Shown one piece after another: positions 57,154 through 64,000 of a DNA stretch of 64,000 nucleotides. The DNA lies in assembly GCA_963816185.1 (NCBI GenBank), contig CAWFJJ010000008.1, positions 288,001 through 352,000 of the forward strand. The letters run 5' to 3'. The DNA is from Thermoanaerobaculia bacterium. Lineage in GTDB: Bacteria; Acidobacteriota; Thermoanaerobaculia; UBA5066. Position numbers and translations under genes: made by a program. The first letter of the stretch is position 1. Each line of letters opens with the position of its first letter. The notes beneath the pieces were generated by a model. It saw only the letters and a program-made list of their open reading frames with translations. It did no database searches and was not told the origin of the DNA.

Positions 57154-59484
57154 GTGAGAGCGCGATGGCTCCTTCTCGTTCTCGCACTCGCGTTCACGGC
57201 GCCGGGATGGGCGAGTGAGACGCCGGCGCCCCCGCAGACGCGGGCCGCGAAGGCCGTCGTTCCACTCTCCGTCAACACGGTGCCGAAGGGCGACGTGCTC
57301 GTGGTCCTCGTGGGCGAGGACGTCCTGCTTCGAGTACGCGATCTCACGGCGGCTGGCGTGACCGGCTTCGCGGGGCGGCGCGAGACACGCGACGGCGAGG
57401 AGTGGGTCTCGCTCGCCTCCCTCGCTCCGGGCGCCTCCTACCGCTTCGATCCGGAGACGGTGACTCTGTCGGTGACCGTCCCTCCAGCGTGGCTCGCGGG
57501 GCAGGTCCTCAACCTCGCCATGCCGCGGCCCGCCGGCCTCGTTTACCTCTCGAGCCCGAGCCTGTTCGCGAACTACGCCGTCAACGTCACGGACGCCAAG
57601 ACCTGGAACGCGTTCGGCGAGGCGGGACTGAGCCTCGGTGGAAACCTCTTCTACAGCGCGGTGATGCGGGCGGACGACGGAAGCGTCGTCCGGGGCCTCA
57701 CGAACGTCACGCACGACGACCGCACGCGGCTCGTGAGATGGGTCGCCGGCGACTCCTTCACCGCGGCGGGAGGCGTCGGGGGCTCGCTTTTCCTCGCCGG
57801 TCTCAGCGTCTCGCGCAGCTTCGACCTCGACCCCTACTTCGTGCGCTACCCCTCGTTCGCGCTCACGGGCGCGGCCACGACGCCGTCCACGGTCGACGTG
57901 TACGTCAACGGCAACATCGTGAAACGGGAGGCGATCGGGCCGGGCCCGTTCCAGCTTTCGAACATCCTCCTGCCGGCCGGCAACGGGACGACGCGCGTCG
58001 TCGTGCGGGACGTGTTCGGACAGGAGCGGGAGATCACGAGCGGCTTCTACGCGTCGACCGCCGTCCTCGCGAAGGGGCTGTCGGAGTTCACGTACAACCT
58101 CGGATTCCGGAGGGACAACCTCGCGACGGAGAGCTTCGATTACGGCTCGCTCTCGTTCCTCGGCCGCCACCGGTACGGATTCTCGGACTCGCTGACCGCC
58201 GAGCTGCGCCTCGAAGCCGACGATCAGCTCGTGAGCGGGGGTCCCGGATTCGCGTGGCGGCTTCCGGTCGGCGAGATCGAGGGATACCTCGCGGCCAGCC
58301 GCGAAGGAGGGCGGACCGGCGGCGCGGCGTCGCTTTCCTATCGCTATGTCGGCCAGCCCGTGAATTACGGCGTCTTCGCAACCGCGCTCAGCCCCCATTA
58401 CGCCGCGCTCGGCCTTTCCATCGACCAGGACCGGCCGCGCTGGGACGGAAATGCCTTCGTCGGAGTCCAGATCGGCCGGCTCGCGAGCCTCACGCTCCAG
58501 TACACCGGAACCGTTCCCCGCGACACGCCGTCCTCGCAGCGCGCAGCGCTGTCGAGCTCTTCGAGTCTCACCCGCGACCTAAGCCTCTTCCTCTCGTTCG
58601 CGCGCGTCTTCCAGGGATCCACGCAGGGAAGCGAGGCTTTCATCGGGCTCAGCTACTTCCTCGGCCGGAACACGACCGCGCTCGCCTCGTACGGTCACCA
58701 GGATGGATTGAATACGGGGTCGATCGACGTCCAGAAATCGCTGCCCGTCGGTACGGGCTACGGGTATCACTTCAACGGGACCGCCGGGGACGGGCCAGGC
58801 AGCGCGAGCGGCGACGTCCAATACAACGCGTCCTTCGGCCGGTACGAGGCCTCGGTCCTGCGCCTCGGCGGCGAGACGTCGTCGACGCTCAGCGCGTCCG
58901 GAGGAATCGTCGTGCTCGGCGGAGCGGTGCTTCCGACGCGGCCCGTCGTGGACAGCTTCGCGCTCATCCGCGTGCCCGGCGTACCGGGCGTGCACGGAAC
59001 CGCAAGCAATCAGGACGTGGGAACGACGAACGGAAGCGGCGATCTCCTGGTTCCGAGCCTCATCCCGTATTACGGCAACCGGATCGGGATCTCGGACCGG
59101 GACGTGCCCATCGATTATGAAATCGGCTCGGTGGAACGCACCGTGGCGACGCCGTATCGCGGCGGCGCGGTCGTCGAGTTCCCCGTGAAGCGCGTCACGA
59201 CCGTGACGGGACGCGTGCTGATCGCCGAGGCGGGAACCGAGAAAGTTCCGGCGTACGGGGAGCTGACCGTAACGGGCCCGGACGGGGTGCCGCAAGCCTC
59301 ACCCGTGGGCGGCGACGGGGCTTTCTACCTCGAGAACCTTTCTCCCGGCCGCTACCCGGCCGCCGTCGAGCACAAGGAAGCGGTCTGCCGGTTCACGCTC
59401 GTCGTCCCGGCGTCTCCGTCGGCGTTCGTCAACCTCGGAACATTGCGCTGCGCCGCGCCCAAGGAAAGCGGGAAGAACCCATGA
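57154..59484 (+). CDS. Fimbrial outer-membrane usher (CsuD-like)
   Basis: PSTVDVYVNG, VVRDVFGQE, LAKGLSEF, HRYGFSD and DSFALIRVP; start uncertain (57103-57154). Confidence 0.92.
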   Translation: MRARWLLLVLALAFTAPGWASETPAPPQTRAAKAVVPLSVNTVPKGDVLVVLVGEDVLLRVRDLTAAGVTGFAGRRETRDGEEWVSLASLAPGASYRFDPETVTLSVTVPPAWLAGQVLNLAMPRPAGLVYLSSPSLFANYAVNVTDAKTWNAFGEAGLSLGGNLFYSAVMRADDGSVVRGLTNVTHDDRTRLVRWVAGDSFTAAGGVGGSLFLAGLSVSRSFDLDPYFVRYPSFALTGAATTPSTVDVYVNGNIVKREAIGPGPFQLSNILLPAGNGTTRVVVRDVFGQEREITSGFYASTAVLAKGLSEFTYNLGFRRDNLATESFDYGSLSFLGRHRYGFSDSLTAELRLEADDQLVSGGPGFAWRLPVGEIEGYLAASREGGRTGGAASLSYRYVGQPVNYGVFATALSPHYAALGLSIDQDRPRWDGNAFVGVQIGRLASLTLQYTGTVPRDTPSSQRAALSSSSSLTRDLSLFLSFARVFQGSTQGSEAFIGLSYFLGRNTTALASYGHQDGLNTGSIDVQKSLPVGTGYGYHFNGTAGDGPGSASGDVQYNASFGRYEASVLRLGGETSSTLSASGGIVVLGGAVLPTRPVVDSFALIRVPGVPGVHGTASNQDVGTTNGSGDLLVPSLIPYYGNRIGISDRDVPIDYEIGSVERTVATPYRGGAVVEFPVKRVTTVTGRVLIAEAGTEKVPAYGELTVTGPDGVPQASPVGGDGAFYLENLSPGRYPAAVEHKEAVCRFTLVVPASPSAFVNLGTLRCAAPKESGKNP

Positions 59485-59945
59485 AGAAAAACACCGTCCT
59501 CTCGTTTCTCGCGCTCCTGCCGCTCTTCGTCCTCGCGCCGCGCGCCGAGGCGCTGACCTGCACGTTCAGCTCGATCACCGGCGTGAATTTCGGGTCCTAC
59601 GACGTACTGAGCGCCAGTCCCAGGACAGCCACGGGGACCATCACCTATTCGTGCAGGAACGTCAACAAAGCGGCTCTCATGACGATGGATCTTTCGGCGG
59701 GCAGTTCCACGACGTACGCGAACCGCACTCTCCGCTTTGGCGCCAACATCCTGAACTACAACCTCTACTCCACCGCCACCAACACCCAGGTGTGGGGGAA
59801 CGGCACCGGCACGACGTACCACTTCAGTGTCGACCCGACCGACAGGAACGCCCACACACTGACGGTCTACGGGACGATCCCGGCCGGCCAGAACGTCGGC
59901 GTCGGGAACTACACCGACACGATCACCGTCACGATGAACTTCTAA
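59481..59945 (+). CDS. Spore coat U/Csu-type pilin 3
   Basis: Signal peptide; TCTF, VNFGSYD, LNYNLY, VWGNG and YTDTITVTMNF. Confidence 0.9.
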   Translation: MKKNTVLSFLALLPLFVLAPRAEALTCTFSSITGVNFGSYDVLSASPRTATGTITYSCRNVNKAALMTMDLSAGSSTTYANRTLRFGANILNYNLYSTATNTQVWGNGTGTTYHFSVDPTDRNAHTLTVYGTIPAGQNVGVGNYTDTITVTMNF

Positions 59946-60117
59946 GCAGATTTCGTTCGGCGCGCGCCTCCGCGCGCTGCTCCAACGATGTGTCCGGCAC
60001 GTTCCACCTGTGCCGTCCTCTGGAACGCGAGCCGGCTAACTCGTTGCACCGCAATGGTGGCGGAAGAAATTACCCAGGCATGACTCCCGCAATGGTCTCC
60101 GCCGGGAGATGCGAGTC

Positions 60118-60606
60118 ATGCGAGACGGAAAAACCAATTCGGCGATTTCGGGCCTCTCTGCCGGCGCCTTCGCTCTCGCGGCTCTCCTCGCGCCTGCGCT
60201 CTCGGCGCACGCGGGAAGCGTTACCGCGTCGCTTTCCGTCTCGGTCGTCGTGCCCCCTCGGGCCGTCCTCTCGGTCGAATCCCAGCCGGAGGGCCTCGAA
60301 ATCACCGAGGCGGACGTGGCGCGCGGCTGGGTGGAGGCGCCTGCGGCGTCGCTCGTCCGGGTCCGGTCGAACTCGCCGGCCGGCTGGCTCCTGGAGTTCC
60401 AGCCCCTGCAGGGTCCCTATCGCGCTCTCGAGGTGACGGGTCTCGGCGCGACGGCGCAGGTGAGCGCGGCCGGCGGCTGGCTCGCGCAGCCGTATGCGGG
60501 ACGGATGCTCGTGACCGCATCGCTCGGCTATCGCTTCTTCCTCTCCAGCGACGCGCGGCCGGGGCTCTACTCGTGGCCGGTGGCTCTCAGCGCGACTCCA
60601 CGCTGA
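60118..60606 (+). CDS. Secreted pilin-like hypothetical protein
   Basis: Signal peptide ending AHA, then the alternating strand TASLSVSVVV; no Cys. Confidence 0.7.
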   Translation: MRDGKTNSAISGLSAGAFALAALLAPALSAHAGSVTASLSVSVVVPPRAVLSVESQPEGLEITEADVARGWVEAPAASLVRVRSNSPAGWLLEFQPLQGPYRALEVTGLGATAQVSAAGGWLAQPYAGRMLVTASLGYRFFLSSDARPGLYSWPVALSATPR

Positions 60607-60615
60607 ATCGCAGCC

Positions 60616-61965
60616 CTATTCGGCCTTTTTCCTCAGCATCCGATAGAGCGTCGAACGGCTGATGTGGAGCTGGCGCGCCGCCTCGACGCGGTTGCCTCCT
60701 GTCTTTTCGAGAGCCTCCTTGAGGCGCTCGGGCGTCACCGTGCGCGGGCCTTCGCTCACGGCTTCGAGGTCGTCCGAGCTGATCGCGTCGGCGCGGGCCA
60801 TGAGCAGCGGGAAGTCGTCCGCCACGAGCTCGTCGCGGGTGGACAAGGCGCACGCCTGCTCGATGGAGTGCTTCAGCTCGCGCGCGTTGCCGGGGAACGG
60901 GTCGTGGAGGATGAGGTCCTTCGCTTCCGCCGAGAGCCGCCGCGGGTACTGGGAGGGCTTCGAGAACATCCGGAGGAAGTGGTCGGCGAGCGCCAGCTTG
61001 TCGTCTCCGCGCTCCCGGAGCGGGGGCACCCAGAGCGTGACGACCGCGAGGCGATAGTAGAGGTCGTCGCGGAAAATGTGCCGCGTGATGGCCGCTTCCA
61101 TGTCGAGGTTCGTGGAGGCCAGGATGCGGACGTCGACCGCGACGTTGCGGTTGTCTCCGACGCGGCGGATCTGAAACTCCTCGAGCGCGCGCAGGACTTT
61201 CGCCTGGGCGGGCATCGGCATGGAGCCGATCTCGTCGAGGAGGAGGGTCCCGCCTTCGGCCTCCTCGAACAGCCCGCGCCGCGCGTTCGTGGCCCCGGTG
61301 AACGCGCCGCGCACGTGACCGAAGAGCTCACTTTCGATCAGGTCGTCGGGAATGGCTGCGCAGTTCAGCGTGACGAACGGCTTCCCCGCGCGCGGGCCGA
61401 AGGATGCGATGTACTTCGCGACGACTTCCTTGCCCGTGCCCGTCTCGCCGCGGATGAGGACCGTGGACGAGAGCTCGGCGACGCGGCGGGCCTTCTCGAG
61501 CAGGCTCTTCCAGACGGGCGAGCTTCCGACCGCGAAGTTCTGCTCCTTCTCGCGCCGCCAGACACCGGATGCCGTGCGCGGCCCGATGTCCTGCGTGAGC
61601 CTCTTCACGACGTCGAGGAGGCTCTGGATGCGGAACGGCTTGACGATGAAGTCGGTCGCGCCGGCTTTCATCGCCTCGATGGCGTCCGAGACGGCGGCCT
61701 GGCCCGAGATGATCACGAAGGGGACGGACGGGGCCTTGCCGCGCACCTCGAAGAGGAGATCGATTCCGGACATCCCCGGGAGCATCAGATCGCAGAAAAT
61801 AACGTCGTAGTCCGTGAAGATGGCGCGGTCGAGAAAGAGCTGTGAGGTGGGGTACAAGTCGACCGTTGCGCCAACCTTCTCGAGGCTGGTACGAACCAGG
61901 TCGCGAACCCCTTCGTCGTCGTCGACGACCGCGATTCGAAGCGTGCGAAGGCCGAGAGGTGGCAC
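60616..61965 (-). CDS. Sigma54-dependent response regulator (REC-AAA+-Fis, NtrC family)
   Basis: VVDDD, CDLMLP, GETGTGKE, GAFTGA, LLDE, FPGNAREL and HTH ISRSTLYR. Confidence 0.93.
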   Translation of the reverse strand: MPPLGLRTLRIAVVDDDEGVRDLVRTSLEKVGATVDLYPTSQLFLDRAIFTDYDVIFCDLMLPGMSGIDLLFEVRGKAPSVPFVIISGQAAVSDAIEAMKAGATDFIVKPFRIQSLLDVVKRLTQDIGPRTASGVWRREKEQNFAVGSSPVWKSLLEKARRVAELSSTVLIRGETGTGKEVVAKYIASFGPRAGKPFVTLNCAAIPDDLIESELFGHVRGAFTGATNARRGLFEEAEGGTLLLDEIGSMPMPAQAKVLRALEEFQIRRVGDNRNVAVDVRILASTNLDMEAAITRHIFRDDLYYRLAVVTLWVPPLRERGDDKLALADHFLRMFSKPSQYPRRLSAEAKDLILHDPFPGNARELKHSIEQACALSTRDELVADDFPLLMARADAISSDDLEAVSEGPRTVTPERLKEALEKTGGNRVEAARQLHISRSTLYRMLRKKAE

Positions 61966-62305
61966 GGCCGGCCCATTCTAGCCGGGCGCGGGCGTGTGGC
62001 GACGTCGCATGCGGGTTTGCGCCAGCTGCGTCGCGTAAGACCGGATCGGCGTTACCGGCGGGAATCGTTCGCGCCAGGCGTCAGAAACCGGAGCGACGAT
62101 TGCACGATCCAGCCGTCGAACCGTCGCGCAAGAGACTTATTCTCAGTATCTTACGCGGAGGACCAAGAAACTCTTGCAATTGTGCGCTTCACGGCGGTAC
62201 GTTGAACCAGTACTCGCCAAGAGATCCACCTCACTTTTCCTCCGGCCTGTCGGCCGAATGTGAACGGCAAATCATCGACGTGCGGGAATCCCGCAGGAGT
62301 ACAGG

Positions 62306-64000
62306 ATGAAGCATTGGCCGAGGCGCTCTTTCCTTCTCGCGCTCCTCTTCTCGACGCCCCTCGCGGCCCAGAGCCTTCCCAAGACTCTCTTCTACCCCGT
62401 TACTCCCTGTCGAATCGCGGACACGCGTAACCCGAACGGAGCCTACGGAGGACCTGCCCTCTCGTTCGGGGCCTCACGGGCGTTCACGCTTGCGGGCACG
62501 TGCGGCATCCCGGCGACAGCGCGGTCCGTGGCCGCGAACATCGCGGTCGTCTCCCCGGGCGCGGCCGGGTCTCTCGCGATCTTTCCCGGAGGGGTGTCGA
62601 CCGGGGCGGCGACGGCGATCAGCTACAAGGCCGGAAAGACGAGGGCGAACAACTTCATCGCGCGGCTCGGGACGAACGGCGACATCGTCGTCATCTGTCA
62701 GCAGCCTTCCGGCACGACGCACTTCCTCATCGACGTGGCGGGTTATTTCGAGGATCCTCCCGCGACGCCGCCCGCGGCTCTCGCCGCGTTCGCGAACACC
62801 GCAACATTCGGGTCCAATCCCGGGCTCGTGGGGCACCTTCGTGACGTCGGAACGGCCGGGTTCCTCGCCGAGCAGTTCACCGCTCCACCCTCGCTCTATC
62901 CGGCACTCCCGCTCTTCCCGAACACGCGGCAGGGTACCTGCACCGGGACGTGCCCTCGCGACAACTACACGATGTATCCGCTCCAGAACCAGTTCTTCCT
63001 GAACGCGCTTTACGGACAGGACCAGCTCAGGCAGCGCGTCGCGTGGGCGCTCCACAAGATCATCCCGATCAACGGGCAGGACATCGGCCAGCCCAGCCGC
63101 ATCGTCCCGTACCTGAACATCCTCGTGAACAACGCGTTCGGGAACTACCGGGACATCCTCTACCAGATCACGCTAAACGCGGCGATGGGCCAGTACCTCA
63201 ACATGGACACGTCCACGCTGCTGAACCCGAACGAGAACTACGCGCGGGAGATCATGCAGCTGTTTTCGATCGGGCTCGTCGAGCTCAACCTCGACGGGAC
63301 GCCCCAGCTCGACGGGAGCTCGAACCCGATCCCCACCTACGACCAGTCCACGATCACCGAGTTCGCCCGCGTGTTCACCGGCTGGCGCCTCGCGAACCAG
63401 ATCGTCGTGGGCACCGACGATTACATCGACCCGATGGTGCTCGTGTTCGCGAACCACGACAAGGGCTCCAAAACGCTCCTGAACGGCACGGTCCTCCCGT
63501 GTTATGGCTCCGTCTCTCCATGTACCACCCTCCAGACGGGTGACAAGGATCTCAACGACGCCATCGACAACATCTTCAACCACCCGAACGTCGGGCCTTT
63601 CATCGGCGGCGCTCTGATCCGGAACCTCGTGACGTCCAACCCGTCTCCCGCGTACGTCGCGCGCGTCGCGGCGGTATTCAACGACAACGGCTCGGGCGTG
63701 CGGGGCGACCTCGCGGCGGTCGTCAGAGCGATCGTGACGGACCCCGAGGCGCTCGCTGGCGCGGCCAGCTCCACCTTCGGGAGCTTGAGAGACCCGGCGC
63801 TTTTCACGATCTCGTTCCTCAGGAGCCTCGGAGCGCGGTCGGCGAACGGCGCAGGTTTGTCGGACGGGGTTCTCGCGCCACAGGTCACGGCCCTTGGGCA
63901 GACCGTCTTTCAGCCCGACACCGTCTTCAGCTATTACCCGGCGGACTACCTGACTCCCGGCACGTCGCTCCTCGGCCCGGAGTTCGGGATCCTCTCGGCC
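62306..64000 (+). CDS. DUF1800 family secreted protein with N-terminal TPCR-type beta domain (runs off the window)
   Basis: Manual translation: signal peptide, PVTPCRIADTR...LIDVAGYF, DQLRQRVAWAL, NAAMGQYLN, PNENYAREIMQLFSIG, HPNVGPFI, VTSNPSPAYV. Confidence 0.88.
   Translation, partial: MKHWPRRSFLLALLFSTPLAAQSLPKTLFYPVTPCRIADTRNPNGAYGGPALSFGASRAFTLAGTCGIPATARSVAANIAVVSPGAAGSLAIFPGGVSTGAATAISYKAGKTRANNFIARLGTNGDIVVICQQPSGTTHFLIDVAGYFEDPPATPPAALAAFANTATFGSNPGLVGHLRDVGTAGFLAEQFTAPPSLYPALPLFPNTRQGTCTGTCPRDNYTMYPLQNQFFLNALYGQDQLRQRVAWALHKIIPINGQDIGQPSRIVPYLNILVNNAFGNYRDILYQITLNAAMGQYLNMDTSTLLNPNENYAREIMQLFSIGLVELNLDGTPQLDGSSNPIPTYDQSTITEFARVFTGWRLANQIVVGTDDYIDPMVLVFANHDKGSKTLLNGTVLPCYGSVSPCTTLQTGDKDLNDAIDNIFNHPNVGPFIGGALIRNLVTSNPSPAYVARVAAVFNDNGSGVRGDLAAVVRAIVTDPEALAGAASSTFGSLRDPALFTISFLRSLGARSANGAGLSDGVLAPQVTALGQTVFQPDTVFSYYPADYLTPGTSLLGPEFGILSA

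Noticed and set aside
1-64000. CRISPR array, tRNA, rRNA or transposase
   Set aside because: No regularly spaced repeats, cloverleaf or rRNA signatures, or transposase motifs were seen; the G/C hairpin elements are isolated single copies

Overview
High-GC bacterial chromosomal window; the gene repertoire suggests Acidobacteriota, Thermoanaerobaculia-like (inference only). From left to right: a Crp/Fnr regulator (partial) and Hsp20; a ~19 kb hydrogen island with a Ni permease-like gene, hypBAEDCF, a Hyb-type [NiFe]-hydrogenase operon and a convergent cytochrome b-linked [NiFe]-hydrogenase operon bracketed by a 44-bp direct repeat, followed by a globin and a GAF-GAF sigma54 activator; a probable MeaB-methylmalonyl-CoA epimerase fusion; two vapBC-type toxin-antitoxin pairs; aroF, carA and a LolC/E-like permease; a sugar-phosphate-utilisation-type bacterial microcompartment (BMC) locus (RpiB, Cys-rich DeoC, acylating aldehyde dehydrogenase, 7 shell genes); a Tat-signal aminotransferase; three Ser/Thr kinases; UbiA and HAD genes; a DUF1549/1553-DUF1501 pair; an ATP-dependent ligase; a PKD/cupredoxin-like secreted protein; fcl; a Csu/spore-coat-U chaperone-usher pilus operon with a sigma54 promoter and a convergent sigma54 response regulator; and a partial DUF1800 gene. 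About 18 single-base frameshifts, clustered in hyp and BMC genes, are most likely assembly errors. Non-coding signals include four G-run/G-run/hairpin/C-run elements and many TANNNT boxes 6-9 nt before start codons (probable leaderless genes). No rRNA, tRNA, CRISPR array or transposase was seen. Family assignments come from motif recognition, not database searches.
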